64,000 bases of DNA from Lama glama (taxonomy: Eukaryota). Positions 35,278 through 48,770 of this stretch are shown piece after piece; the stretch's first letter is position 1, and every line of letters begins with the position of its first letter. Location of the stretch: positions 67,394,001 through 67,458,000 of the forward strand of contig CM052841.1 in NCBI GenBank assembly GCA_028534125.1, written 5' to 3'. Below the pieces are notes generated by a model that was not told the DNA's origin, did not search any database, and saw only the letters and a list, made by a program, of their open reading frames with translations. The position numbers and the translations under genes were made by a program.

Positions 35278-36889
35278 CATTTTCTGGGGGCTGCATGCAG
35301 GCAGCAAATGTGGGCTGCTCTGCGCCGGAGGAGGCCACGTTGGAGGAGGGAGCTGCCAGCGGGGGAGGTGGTGGAAGGCTTCCCAGAGGACGCGGCTGTT
35401 AAGCTGGGCACTGAAGGGTAAATAGGGGTTCTTTGGGCACAAAATTGGGAAAGGAAAATCTTCTAATTTCATGCCTGGTTCCTCAGGGAAGTCTTCTGCT
35501 TTGAGGACCAAGGTCAGTCTGAAGAAATCACGGACCCTCAGTGACATCCACCGGGCTCTCCGAAGGGAACTGCGGGCCGAAGCCCCCTTATCTCCGCCCC
35601 TGGGCTGCTGCGGGCGCTTTGGCTTCTTTTAGCTACAAGCGCTGAGGCCTAGAGGTTTAGCTACTGACAGGTGGGCCATAAATCTTAGCTGTACTGACCA
35701 GGGCATCATCGGACGGGTCGCCTGGTCCTGCCGTTGTCTCACGAGGTCGCTGTGTGCGCCTGTGCCTTCCGGAAGCGTCACGTGTGTCGCAGGGAGGAGA
35801 GCACCTGGGGGCTCCTGGGGCTTGTCCGTAACCAGTGTGATCTCCTGGTTGCAGCTTGTGTCTTCCTCAGGTCTAACTGGAATCTCTCTTGCTGCTGCTG
35901 GGGTCCCGGGTGAGGCTGCTTTGCAGGGCTGCTCAGACGACTCCCCTCCACCTGCACTGACGGCTATCCTCTTGGGCCAGCCTGGAAAGCCGCTGTGTGA
36001 AGACTCAAAAAATTCTGAGCCTGCATCAGGAACACCTCTGGATAGGTGAGCAGTGTGGGGTGGCCAAGGGCTGTGACATCTCTGTGGACTGGGGGTGCAT
36101 CCCTTCGGGTCTCTGGGCTGCCAGCTTTCCTTTCTGTAGAAAGAGGAACTGATGCTCTGTGGTTCCGGGTGACGGGGCTGGGGTGGGCAGCACCAAGGCT
36201 TCCCTCCCCCACAAGCCCCCTCCTTTGTCGTCTGGAATCTGAGCTTCACTCCCTGGGGTTAAGCATCGCCCTCTGCCCTCACAGACGCCTGCCGCCCATT
36301 CTGAGACTGGGGGTCCTGGGAGGGCTTGGGTGGGGACCCCTGTGAAGGATGCTCATGTCACCCGCAGTTGAGGAAACACTCGCTGAGGTCTGGGAGGAGG
36401 CGACTCCGTCCCGGCCCGCTGCAGGGTCCCGCAGGCGTGTGCCCGGCTGGCTCTGGGAGGGGAAGCTCAGGGGGAGGTTGGGAGGGGCTAGGCTGCCGTG
36501 AGAGATGGGGTTTGGATCTGGGCTGCAGTGCAGGCTGACTCTGCACCCCCACTCAGCCTCTGTTCTGTCACCTGTAAGACAGAGGTGACAGCAGTGTCGT
36601 CCTGGCCCCCACACCGCCCATGTCTCTGGCAGGGGCTGTAGCTTCCTCCCTGCCTTGGGCTCCTTGGGGCCAAGTGCCTCCCAGCGTGGTTCCCAGTGTG
36701 CTGTGGTCACTGTGCAGGGAAGGGGTAACTCAGCAGCCCTGGGCCCAAGAAAGGTCTGGTCCTGGCCCGGCTCCCGGGAGGGACCGCTGAGCCCTGGGGA
36801 CGTCCTGCTGAAGAGGGCATCTTTGTTTACCTGGGGCTGGCCTGGCAGGAGAGTCCTGCTAGCGAAGGGTTTATAGAGGACTTCGGGCC

Positions 36890-37195
36890 TCCGGAAGGGC
36901 TGGAGGTTCAGGTCAACCATGTGTGCAGTACACGGCCAATCCCCAGGGAGACCCTGGATGCCAAAGCTCAGGGGGGCTTCCCTGGTTGGCAGCCCCCACC
37001 CGTGACGTCACACGTCCACCAGGAGGGGCTGGTGCCTGGTCTCTCCTGGACCTGCCCCATGGGGACCCTCCCTTGCCTGGTTTTTATCTGTCCTTTCGCT
37101 GTAATAAACCCAACTGTGAGCGTAGCATCTTGGCTGAATTCTGAGTCCTTCCAGCGAATCACCAAAGCTGAGGGGCTGGTCTTGGGGGCCTGGCC
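36890..37195 (+). mobile_element. MER21-like ERV LTR fragment
   Basis: ccctggatgccaaagctcaggggggcttccctggttggca...ttttatctgtcctttcgctgtaataaac...tgagtccttccagcgaatcacc...gtcttggggg; poly(A) signal aataaa near 37103. Confidence 0.7.
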
Positions 37196-40100
37196 TGCAA
37201 TGTCAGTGTCTCTGTTGACTGGCCCTGAAGTAGGGTGGGGGGTCAGACTCATTTCTGTCATGACCCCCAGCACGCCCCTGCGGTCCGTCTTCAAACCCTT
37301 GGACACTTGGCTGGGGGCTCCTCACCTGTCCACACTCCCGGCTCTGCCCACCGGGCATCCCCTGGCGGCCCAGAGCCCCCAGGGAGAACCAAGAGTTTCA
37401 GGTGAGGGGAGCCTCCCTGAGGCAGGGGTCCTGCTGACCAAGGTAGGGGGCATGGTCCAGCCTGTCCACCTCGCCCCGTCCTGGACCTGGAGGCACACAG
37501 GACGGAGGGGACCCTGCCTGGTAGGACTCTGCATGTGAGGACTCTGGGGGCTGAGTGGGGCCGCGGGGCTTCCAGAGGCGGCACCTGGGCCCTTCTCTCC
37601 CGGCTCAGGCCATGCCTCCAGGATGCCCTCACAAAGGCTTCGATGGTGTCCTGGCGGCAGGGTGGGCCGGCCCCACCTTGCAGCCCGGAGGTGCCGTGGG
37701 CCCCCACAGCGGGTCCCCACACAGTGCTTCCCCGCCGAGCACAGCCTTCCTGCCTTTGCCTGGGGGCTCCGGGGGCTCCTTCCAGGCTCCAAAGCGCCTC
37801 TTCCCATGGGGCCTCTGGAACCTGCCTCCAGGTGAGCTAGACAGGTGATGCCAATGCCGGATGGGCACTGCTTGTAATTAGGGCCCCCAGCCGCGCGGCC
37901 AGCGCCGTGGAGACGCGCTCTCCCAGGGCTGCGCGTGTGAGCGCGCTGCTGGGGGCCCCCGCCGGGTCAGCCTGGGCCCAGCGCCGGGGCCTGCTGCTCT
38001 GCCCTGCCCGGCCCATCGCTGCGGCCGCGGTCCCGGCGTCCAGGGAGAGGGGCTGCCCCAGGGCCACGTCCTGCGGATGTCCGGACCCCAGGCCTGCCTG
38101 GAGCCTGCGGCCTCCCGCCGGCCTGCGGACGTGGCCGCCACCCCCGCCCTGCCACGTCGTCGCTTCCAGCCCTGGCCGGCAGGAAACTGCGCGCTCTCCC
38201 TCTCTTTTTGAGAATTTTTGGAGGGTTGCCTTTGCTGGAAACATCTGGACGTGGTCCAAGGAACATAATAAAAGAGAGAGGGAGAGAGGGAGTGGGGGAG
38301 GAGGCAGGGGCTGGGGGAGGTTTGGAGACACCATCTGATTTCACTTTGCAAGACAGCTGCAATCAGGCCCCTGAGGGTTCGCAGTCACTTCAGAGGCAGG
38401 CCATGCCGGTGACGTCAGTGGGAAAGTATGCAGCCCGCCCGCTGCTGCTGGGACCCGCACCACAGGGCAAGGCCCCGGGCCGGCTCTGGCCCTCGGGCCA
38501 GGCCAGCCGATGACCCGTGGGGTCCTCTGCAGAAGGCGGAAGGTAGAAGCGAGGAGGACAGACTGGGTTGTCTGGTCTGAGGCCCGTGGCCCGACCCAGG
38601 CGGGAGGGAGGGGAGCGCCCCCTGGGCTCTGCCTGAAAATTCCAGTTTCTGTCAGTCCCGCTGGGCCTGTGATGGAAACATCGGGAGGCCCCTGGGAGGG
38701 TCCCTGGGGCTGCAGAGGGGGGCGGGGCACGGCCCCCAGGGTTCCCCACTTTGAGCGGGGCCTGGCTCCAGTACCTCCCGCAGGCAGCTCTGCAGCCTGG
38801 GGCCAGGTGTCTGGGACCCTCATGGTGTCCCCAGGTCCTGGCTACCGTGGGCCTGGGAGTGGGAGGGAGGGTGGCAGGCCACCTCTGTCCTCTCACAGGG
38901 TGCTGTTCCGGCCCCTGGGTCTGGGTCCTGCTTGTCCCTCCAGAGAGCACGCCCCTGAGCCAGGGGTCCTGGAACGTGACAGCTGACGTAGTCCTTGCTG
39001 CCCAGAAAAGGATACCAGTTCCCTGTGCCCAAGATTCCAGAGACGCCGGTGGAAACACTCCTGACCCCGAAGGCGGACCCCGGGCCTCTGGCCGAGGTTG
39101 GCACGGCTGCAGACCCCCTCCCGCCCCAGAGCCAGGGAGCTACCAGGGCAGAAAGGGCCTCGCCTGCCGCTCATGAGCCCCGCCGGGCACGGCCCTGCCA
39201 CCTCCGAAGGGTCACGCCGGGGTCTGCACCGCGGCCTCGCTTAGGCTCATCTCCACGTTTCATCTCAGAAACGTTTCTTGAAGTAAAACCTCACAGAGAA
39301 ACCCAGTGACAGCGCGAGGGTGGGCAGGCGTCTGCGTGAGGAACTCAGGTTCCAGTCGGCCAGCGTTCCCTGGCAGCTGCCAGGTGCCAGGCCTGAGGGC
39401 CAGGACGCAGGGCCTGAGGCCACCCTCGCGGGTCACCCTGAGCAGTCCGCCTCTGGGCCCTGAGGCCTGGCCCACCGCCAGCCGGGCTCTTCTCCCCACT
39501 TTGCAGGTGGGAGGCGGACGCCCCAGAGGACGGGGACTCAAGTGGGGGGCTGTGCTGGGTGGGGCGGAGGGCCGGGGAGCCGGGAGGAGGGGCTCAGCCT
39601 GGAGGGGCCCTGGCCGGGCGGGCCTGCCGGGCGGGGGCAGAGCCTGGCTCAGGACGGGCTGGGGGGCGGGGGGACGGCTGTCTGTCTGGGAAGAGTTTCA
39701 GCAGTGGCTGCAGCCGAGCCTGAGCCTTGACTCATGGGCTGGGGCCTCCCGGCCTCTGGGGGTCTGAAGACATTTTTTCCGTGGAAAGTAGCTTCTGGCT
39801 CTCCACTTAGCAGGGAGCTCTGGTCCCCCTCCTACCGCAGCCGGGCCTTGGCCGTGGGCTGTGCTGTCCTTGGGCTGAGTCTCTCTGCTGGACTTTCCAT
39901 GGGCCTGGGGCAGGGTGGGAGCTCCAGGCAGGGGTCAGACGGGCGGTCCTGGACCCTGGACGGCCTCCAGCAAGCCCTGCCCTCTCCACCCGTGGTTCGC
40001 TTTCCGCTGGGGCTAAGGTGGGACGTCAAACGTCACCATCTGTGAAGGAACACACCTGGCTCCTTCGTTAACTCCTCAGGAGGAAGATGGGGGGTCGGGA

Positions 40101-43100
40101 GGTCCGGGAGGCGGACCGCCCTCCTGGGAACTGCAGAAAGCAGGGTGGGGCTGGCGGATGTGGCAGATCTGGGTGTTGGCTGATGCTTCTGAGTTTAGGG
40201 GCAGCGGCCCCGAAACCTGGCCCCCGGGGAGGTGGCGATAGGGCACGTCCCGGCCTGCGTGGTGCCCCGGGCCAGTTCTCCACTGGCGAACCCTGGATGT
40301 GGACTGGCTAGCCAGGAGCCCTCCTTGGAGCCCCTGAAGGCCTCAACCCCCCATGGGGAGTGCAGGCACCTCGGGAGCCCAAGAGCACGTGCTGACCAGT
40401 GGCCTGAGCTGTGGGGCGGCGGGTCCACAGGGATGATCGAGGCTCAGGGCCGCCGGGAAGAGCAGTGGGCGGTCTGCGGCTGCGCTCGGGACCCCAGGCC
40501 CCGTTTCCTCCCTGTAGCCCGGCTGGGAGGGTGCGCTGCACAGGACCCTCCGGGGCAGCAGGCCTCCAGCCTGCACCGGGCGTGACTGCAGCCTGGGGAA
40601 GACCCCACGTGGAGTACCCCCAAGCAGTCTCAGCAACGTGGCCCTGGGCTTCCACAGGGAACACTCGGTGGCCACCCCCAACCCTACTTCTTCCTCCAGG
40701 AAGCCCTCCTGAGCCAGCCCTGCCTGCCTGAGTTTCTCCCTCATTTGGATTCTGCTGCATTTGATACACGGGTCACAGTCTGATCTTCTATGTTTTGTGA
40801 ATAGAAGTCTTGTCTCTTGGAAGAGCCAGGGGCAGGGCCAGGCTCAAAGCTCAGCTGGTGGAGGCTCCCCCCAAAAGCCCTGGTTGTGTTGACTGTGGAG
40901 TGGGGGGGGCAGGCATGTGGGCCCCGAGAGCGCACCTGGCTTTTCAGGTGGTCCAGCCTGGGTGTGACCCCCAGCGATGCCACCCACAGTCTTCACGCCC
41001 ACGGCTCTGAGTCTCAGTTTCCCCTTCTGGGAAATGCGATCTTAGCAGCACTGGCCTCACCGGGTTGCCGGAAGGGACGGCAGATGCGAGCCTCCCGCCC
41101 GTGCCTGGTGCCTGGAGAGGCCGGGAGCCCCAGAGCGGACCAGGCCAACCGGATTTCGACTCAGGATGCCCAGGCCATGTGTGGGGTCATGCCGCCCCCC
41201 TCCTTCTCCAGGCCCTGCAAACTGCCCAGGTCTGAGCCTCCTCCAGAAAGTCCTCCATGCCTGCCCTGCCCCATCGCTTCGTCTGTGTTCTGAGAACTCC
41301 AGGCCGCTCGCATTGTTGGGTTTTTTTGGGGGGGGGTTGGGGGAGGAGGCTTGGAGACTATGCAAATACCCTGTTTCTTCTTTTGCCCACTAAGTTTTGC
41401 ATCCACAGTGGAACCACATGGTGGTCCGACTGGCTCCCCTGGGGGAGCACCTGCGGCTGCCTGCGTGTCTTCATGGCACGTCAGCTGGCTTCCTGGTGCA
41501 AATAGTCTCGGCCTGGAGAAGCCGCCACTCAGAAAGTCAGACACTGTCGTTCGCACTAGGTCCTCCTGTCACCTGGCCCTTGGCTCAGCAGGGTCCCAGC
41601 AGCGGTCCTTCTCCAAGATGGCCCTCGTGGTGCCATCCGCGGCCCATTTCCTCACACGCCTGTCTCCTCTCCTCAGTGGGACCCCAGTGTCTGCTACGCA
41701 GGCGGGGTTCAGTCAGCGTTTGAGTTGAGCTGGGCCACAGGCCTCCCAGCTTGCCTCTTCCTGGGGTGAACTGGACCCTGGGGGGTGCTGTAGGGCCCAT
41801 TTGTGGCTTGGAGGGAGTGTGGCACTGTGGTGGTGAGCAGCGAGAGACATGTGTTCCAACTCCGGCCGCGTGGCCTCTGGCATGTTGCTGGGCTCACCGG
41901 CCTCCGTTTCCTTGTCTGTCAAGTGGGGGAAAGACGAAGCCCCTCCTCTGGCACAAAGGTTCCAGCACAGCGCCCAGCTGGGAGCCGAAGCAGAGCGACG
42001 GGGCGGCCGCAGCGGCAGCCTGCCCAGAGCCAGGCCGGGCACACGCCGGCCTGCTGGGTCTCTGCGGCTGGACGCCCGGGCGGGCCTGTGCCACTCGCGG
42101 GAGGGCGGAGGCAGACAAGGGAGACTGACTTCCCCGCTGCAGGCCACGGCGGGGACAGAGACGGGGAGGGCGGGCGCCGTGCTGCCTGGCTGCGGGAGGC
42201 CGGTCCCTAGGTACGGGGCGGCGGGGAGAGGAGGGCCCCCCGGAGCAGGGCGGCCCCTCCGCACCCTGAGGCCGCGCGGTCCGGGGGATCCCGGCCCTTG
42301 CGTTTCCTGTGTGTCCGCCTCTTTCTGGCAGCAGAACGGCTACGGCTCCTCCCGGGGCAACCAGACAGATACTGAGCTGTCAGCCAGCGAAATGCCCGGC
42401 CGGGGAGGAGGTCTGAGTAGCCCGGGCGGCGGCAAGGCGCTGGCGGCTGAGGCAGGACGGCCTCTGGTCGTCTCGGCCGTCGGGCGTCAGTCCACGGGCG
42501 TGTGGCCCCAGCCCCAGCCCAGGCTCCAGAAGATTCGTGCTTGTGCAGGTCACTGGCCTGCAGCCTGTCCCAGGCTTCTCCGTAGCAGCCACATCCCTCC
42601 TCTGTTACTCGATCTCCTTTTCATGAAAACATGAAAAATAAAAAAGGTAGAAAGAGGGCAGGATGTTCGCGCTCAAGACCTGTTTGGCCCCTGACGTCCA
42701 CTGAGGGAGACGCGGGTGCGAGGGGGTCTCTGGCCCGGAACTTCCAGCTCCCGCTGCGAGCAGGTCTGGGGAGAGCTGCTCTGCCTGCTGCCCCTCCCCG
42801 GCCCTCGGGCCCCCTCCGCGTGAGGCCCCCTCCGCGGCCCCCGCTCCTGCAGCGGCGCCTCCGCCCCAGGCTGACCCCCTCTCCTGTCTGCCGACTCCAC
42901 GAGGTAGAACGCAGAGCCCAAAGCCGAGGGCTGCCGTGGCCCAGGCGCCCCTGCTCTCTCTTCACTGCCTCCCTCTTCCTTACCCGGAGACACCTGGCTG
43001 GGTTTGGGGGCCTCCCCTGCACCCCCTTATTTTCTGTGCCCCCCGGGACTCAGGGCAGACGTCCACTTCCACCCTTGGGCCGTGGCCTCTGTGAGGGTCC

Positions 43101-44350
43101 TGGTGAGCCTCCCTCCTTCTGTGTCCCCAGGCTTGGCCTGTGTGTGTGTCCACGGGACACCTGAACAGACGCCCTGTCCACAGCTCAGGTGAAGGTGGAG
43201 GGGGAGGGGGAGGGGGAGCCCCCGGGCCTGTGACTGTCAGCCCAGTGGGACGGGAGGAAACGAAGCCCATTTCCCAGTGGTGGTCTCTCCGGTTTCAGAG
43301 TTAACACCAACGAGTGGGACCCCTCGGTTGGAGCCTAGATGGCCAGCTGGTTCTAGGCTAGTGGCCTCAGCCCCTGGAGAGCCCACCGTAGACCGAGCAC
43401 TCAGTCTGTGCTGGAAATCTGTGTCCTTGTGGGGGGACCTGGCATGAGGCTGAGAACGGCTTGTGGTGCTCGACGCCCCTTGGGGAGAGGCGGAGCTATC
43501 CCAGAGGGGAAATGTCTGGCACCCAAGACACGGTGGGGCTCCCAGCCAGGCCCCATGCTGGTAAAACCTGACCCCACTGGGGCCAGCCGTGGAGGGCATC
43601 GGTGTCTGGGGCCCCATCTGGCCGTCTGGGGGCTTCTGGGGCAGGACGGGCATCCAGCTGGCCTCTTGGAGGTGGAGCAGAGAGGTCAGAGCCCCAGCCT
43701 CTCTCGAGCCCCTGTGTCCTGCTTCTGCTCAGCTCACTTGACTGGCCTCTGCGTGCCCAGCCCTGACCCGCGTCCCTGGCTTCAGTGCCCATGGACCCAG
43801 TGGCCTCACGCACGTGCTCATCCCAGGTCTGGAGCTGCAGCTGGGCAGCCAGGCCTGCAGGGCGGCCAAGCTGGGGGCCGGGAAGTGGAGGTGGGTGCTG
43901 GGTCTGCTCCCTCGGCCCCGCAGAAGGGCCCCTGCTGTCCCCGCCCCCACCTGCGTGCACGGCCGAGGCCGGAGCCAGGGGGCCCCTGTGGGAGGGGTGG
44001 AGGAGGGTGCCCAGGGCCCTGGCACCAGCAGGAGGTACACCGTGGGGGCTGGACGGGCCCTGGCTTGGGCCGGTTATCTCTTTCTCCGGCAGAGCAGGGA
44101 CGTCCTGGGCAGCTGCCTGCCTGGAGGCTCAGCCATCCCCAAGAGCCTGGTGGGGGTCCTGCCATCTCAGCACCGAGCAGCCCGGCCCCCAGGAGGCCAG
44201 CGCCGCCGCCGAGCGAGGCCTTCAGGAGTAGCGGGCCCCGAGGCAGCCTGAGCTCAGTGAGCCCCGAGCCCCCGGTGGCCGCCTGCCCGCCTGATGGGAC
44301 AAGAGCCGTGCGGGGCTTCTTTCTGCACGCGCCTCCGTGGCAAAAACCTA

Positions 44351-44841
44351 TGTTGACCAGAAGGCACCGGAGTTCCTAAATTCTCCTACCTGCCTCAGAG
44401 CAGAGCCTCCCAGAGGAACTCAGAAGAATCTGACTCATCAATCCCCTCCTCGGAGCCACCAGGGCAGTCTGTTCCCATGAAGACCGAGGCCCCACACGGC
44501 TCATGGTTCCCCTGAGCCTCTCCCGGTACCTGAGCAGATGCCTGCAGAGCTGCCCCAGCCCCGCCCTCCTCCCATGGGCACTTATCCTTCCAAACAGTCA
44601 CATGCGTTCTTTCCGCTGGTGCCCTCCCCCCTCCCCTCCCCCGTCGTGTAACCCGAAGGGGGCATATAAGCCCCAAATTCTAAGTCCGCCTCCGAGTCTC
44701 AGGTTTCTGTGAACCCCTGAGTACACGTGTACAGGAGGAAAGATCTATCTTTTCTCTCAGTAATCTGTCTCTTGCTGGTTTAATCTGCAGGCCTCCACAA
44801 CTGCACTCAAGAGCCCAGGGGGAAGCTTCACCTCCCCAACA
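44351..44841 (+). mobile_element. Solo ERV1 LTR (MER34-like)
   Basis: Begins tgttg, ends ctccccaaca. TATA-like catataagccccaaattcta at 44663. U5-like taatctgtctcttgctggtttaatctgcaggcc. Confidence 0.65.
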
Positions 44842-47800
44842 GGAGATGGTCCTAGACACCCCCGCACGTTGAGAGGAGCCGGGATGAGGGGGGGTGGGGA
44901 GGCGGGCCTGCTTCTGCCTGGGAGAGGTCTGCCGGCCTCCCTCCTGCTGCACGCACGCAGCCTGCGTCCCTGTCGCTGCCCAGCCAACCTGGTGAGCTCC
45001 TGCCCACCCGTCCAAGCCCTTCGTGGGCCCTCCTTTCCTGAACGTCATTTTTTGTTGCTCTCCATGAGTCAGGCCCTGTGCCAGGTAGTTTAGGCACAGT
45101 GAGGTCCTTAATGTTCAGAACCACTTGCAGATGGGGAAGGCGAGGCTTGGAGGCCCCCAGGGCTGACACCCCCAACGCCAGCACCCTCCCTTCCGACGCC
45201 CATGGCCCAGCTGTTTAGAGGTTGCCCCGGGGCCAGCCCCCAGCTCGGCCATTTGCTCTGAAGTCCAGGCAAGCTCCTCTGCCTCTGCGGGCCTCTGCGG
45301 GCCTCAGTCTCTCCCCAGCACCTCGAGGCTGGGCCCCGTCCTGGCCCAGAAAGCCTGCATGGGGCAGGGAGCCGTCCGCACGGATGCAGTGCTGCTATTT
45401 AGCAACTACAGAAACAAACTCGCCATGAGTCGTATTTTGGCCCCAGAAAGAGGCCATTTGAAGAGGGCAGGCTGGCCTCTCCCGCCCAGCGTGTCCGGCA
45501 GCTGGGAGCCTGGGCTGGCCGGGGGAGGAGGCCAGAGGAGCCTGGGGCTGGGATGCGGGTCAGGCTTGTTTCATGTCAGGATGTCTCCGGCCATGGAGGA
45601 GTTGCGGCGTTGCCAAAACAATGTTTAAAACATCTCGGAAAATGTGCAGCCGCTTCTTTTCCACGGGACTCGGGCCGAGTCCTCCCAGCTCCTCGGGTGA
45701 GGGTGGGACTGGGCCAGGGGGGTGTAGGGGAATGCTGGAGAGAGAGAGGGAAAGAGAGAGGAGTCTGCAGACCTGGCGGGCTCCACCTTCGCCTGTGCCC
45801 GGCCTGGCCCTGCTCCCTGCCTTCTCCTCCCATTAGCGTCCCTGCTCCCCTCTCTCTCCTCCCTCTCTCCCTGCTTCCCCCCTCACTTCCTCTTCCCGCA
45901 TCCCTCTGGCCTCCCAGACTCCCTCCTCATCCACCACGAGCTTCAGAGCTCTGTGTTTCCTTTACCCTCTGACCACCCTGGGAACTGGGCATAAACCCAT
46001 TTCACAGATGAGCAGCCAAGGCCGGGGCCGGTGGGGGCAGGGGCATGGCTGAGTCTCACCCACCTAGTGTGAAAGCTGGGAGCAGGGCCGGCTGCAAAAT
46101 TTGTGGGCCTCTCCTTCCAAAGAGACTAAGAACCTCAAGAGGGCAACCACAGTGGGCCAACCCCAGACTACCTCCTGCGCGCGAACAGCTCGTGGGGCTG
46201 TGCGGCTCGGACGCCCGTGGGTGGGGCTGCGCCTGGGCTCACACCCGCTGCACAGGCACCGGTGAGCTGGGGCTGTGAGCGTGACCTCCTGCCTGGGGCC
46301 TGGTCATAGGCCTTCCTTCTGCCCCGCTGACCCCGATGGGTGGGGGGCGACTGCCAGCAGCCCTGAAGTGCTGACACTAGGGGGCAGAGGAGGCCCACCC
46401 AAGCAAGGGGCCTGGCCACTGGCAGCCCAGGGGCCCAAGGCGGGTCCTGGGCTGGGGTTAGGGACTCCTTCCTCAGGTAGCACCCTGGGCTTTGGGTTTG
46501 CAGGAACCATCTAGAGGCCCAGTGGTGGGCCTTGACGCTCCTGGCGACAGAGGGTGGCCTGGCCGGGGCCCACATTCAGAGCCGGGTACCTGGGACAGGT
46601 CAATCCATCCCTCCCCGGTTCCCAGAAGGTAAAGTGGAAGCTGTGGCACTGACCACACAGGCTTTTCCGAAGACCCGTCATTTGCACCCCATGTGCCCGG
46701 CCTGTCCCCCCATGTCCTAGTGCCCGGCAGGGTCCAGCCTCTAGCGGGGTGTTGGGCTGTCGCGTCCGGGGGGGACTTGGGGTCCTCTCCCAGATGGGAC
46801 TGGAGCCCCAGGACCCGGCCCTGCCCCACTGTCAGCTTTCCCGGGGATAAGCCCGGGTGGGCTGGGCTTCGCCCTTGAGGGCACGAATGGTATCTGACTG
46901 TGGCCCCTGCAGTAAGCTGGACCCCAAGGCTCAGGGGAGCCCGGGGCCGGGGGCTGCGCCAGCCCTTCCCATGGGCCCAGCCCGGCCGAGCGCCCGCCGG
47001 TCTTCCCCACTCCACGGTCGCGCTGGGCGGATGGCCCGAGTCTCCCCCCGTGTCATCCACACTGCTTCCGCCGGCCCCCAGGAGCCCGTCAGGCTCCAGG
47101 GACGCTATGTTCAGCAGCAGCGTGGAACTCAGCCTCCTCTACAAAGATGACCGATTTAACGCCGATTAAGACTGCAACAGAGCAATTTGTTCTCAGGGCA
47201 CCCTGCGTCCCTGGCCCCCAGGGGCTCTGTGGAGGAAGGCCCCCCCATCTGGCCCACGCAGAGAAGCCAGGGGCAAGTGCTCCGGGAAGGAAGGCAGGTC
47301 GGCGGGCAGCACTTGCACTCACTGGAGAGGCCGGCTCTTCCGCGGGAGTGAGGGAGGCCCTCGGCTTTCCTTTCCCTCTGCTCGGGAAGCCTGCCCTGGC
47401 ACCCCACTGGCTGTCCGTTTGGGGACCTGAGGGGTGCTGAGACTGGGCTGACTTGCCTTGTCTTGGAATATTGGGAGCAGGTGCAGCTTGCTCTGGGTGC
47501 CAGGGCGGAGCACACTGTCAGCTGACTTGGACGCTGAGCCCGGAGGGAGCGCCTGGGAGCGTGGCTGGGGAGTGGGCAGCGCAACCTCTCTGGGCATTTG
47601 TGGCAGGGGGCGATCATCCCCGCTGCTCTGGGCTGCTGCGAGGCCATGTGTGCTCTGTGCCGCGGTGGGGCCCCACCAGTCCGTCGGTGCAGCAGTGGTG
47701 ACTCTACGTTTCTTCCGGGGGATCCACAAGGAGGCGGGGAGGGGAGCTTGGGCGTGGAGGGGGAGGAGGAGGGGGCCGGGAGGGCCTCACTTCCTCGTGT

Positions 47801-48439
47801 GGGATGGCTGGCCCTGAGTGCCCCCGTCAGCGCCCCCCACTGTCCTCGGGATGCGGCTGCGCCCTGCCAACCCTCCTCCTGTGGACCCCTCCACTCCTCC
47901 CTCAAACACCCTGTGGCCACCACTTCCCCTGGAGGAGCTGCCCACACTGGGAGACCCTGGCACTCAGGCACTTGCAGACCCCCGGGGCCGGGGAGGACCT
48001 GCCGGGCAAACGCCTAGAACCTTCCAGAGCTGCCTCCTGGGGGCACCATCAGCACGGGCTGCCCCGCAGCAGGAAGCTGCCCCTGGGCCGGGCCGCACCG
48101 AGTCGCTCTGTGCCGACCAGCATTTCCTTCAGTGCTGTTGGACAGTGAGTGTCCCCCGGTCCTCAAGGCGGGACCCTGGGGGAGGATTTAGCCTGCCCTG
48201 GAGATGGCACCCAAAGTCGGCCTCAGGTACACTTCATGGATGCGAGGGCCAAGCTAGGTAAGCCTGGGCCTCTCACCCTGCTGTGACCTGCCCCAGGGCA
48301 CCGTCGGCTGGAACACCTGTCCCCTAGGGAGACCCCGAACCTGTGGGAAAAGAGCCCCACCCCCGCAGAACCAGGCACACAGCTGGTGCCTGATGTGTGT
48401 TTAGGGAGAGGATGGCACATACGCCTGCCCCTCCCCACT

Positions 48440-48770
48440 CACTCCCTCCCACATTGGCCTCCTGGGAGCCCCTCCTGCCCCAGGGCCTTTGCATTTGCCA
48501 TGTTCTCTGCCTGGAGCACTTCCTCAGATCTCCAGCTTCTTTCTGCTGGCTCTGGTGTCCACTTCTGCGCAGGGCCTTCTCCGAGGGTCCAGTGGGCACC
48601 CACTCTCACCCTGCTCCCCAGTCTCCTGCCCACATCTTCCTTCCTCAGGCGCGGGAGGCATCTCCTGTGCTTGTTTATTTGTCATCTTTCCGGGACCCAG
48701 AGCAGAGGCAGATGTGTTATGCTCGGCTGTGTCCCTGGTGCCCGGGGCAGACCTCGCACACAGAGGCGTG
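48440..48770. mobile_element. L2 LINE fragment
   Basis: cctgccccagggcctttgcatttgccatgttctctgcctggagcacttcc...cttgtttatttgtcatctttcc...tgtccctggtgccc. Confidence 0.65.

Noticed and set aside
35504-35516. DR1-like AGGACC-A-AGGTCA, plus similar hits at 54310-54322 and an ERRE at 54940-54948
   Set aside because: Isolated or mismatched motifs (one inside an MLT1 LTR) at a frequency compatible with chance in 64 kb, with no supporting context.
43408-44379. 323-aa ORF, and similar long ORFs at 48963-49916, 24497-25423, 5989-6888 and 61254-62099
   Set aside because: Pro/Gly/Arg/Ala-rich with no recognisable domain or splice structure, and overlapping ORFs in several frames. This is expected from stop-codon scarcity at high GC.
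45735-45930. GA-rich and CT-rich tracts as a pre-miRNA or structured ncRNA hairpin
   Set aside because: Low-complexity complementarity only; no continuous stem of miRNA-like geometry could be established by eye.
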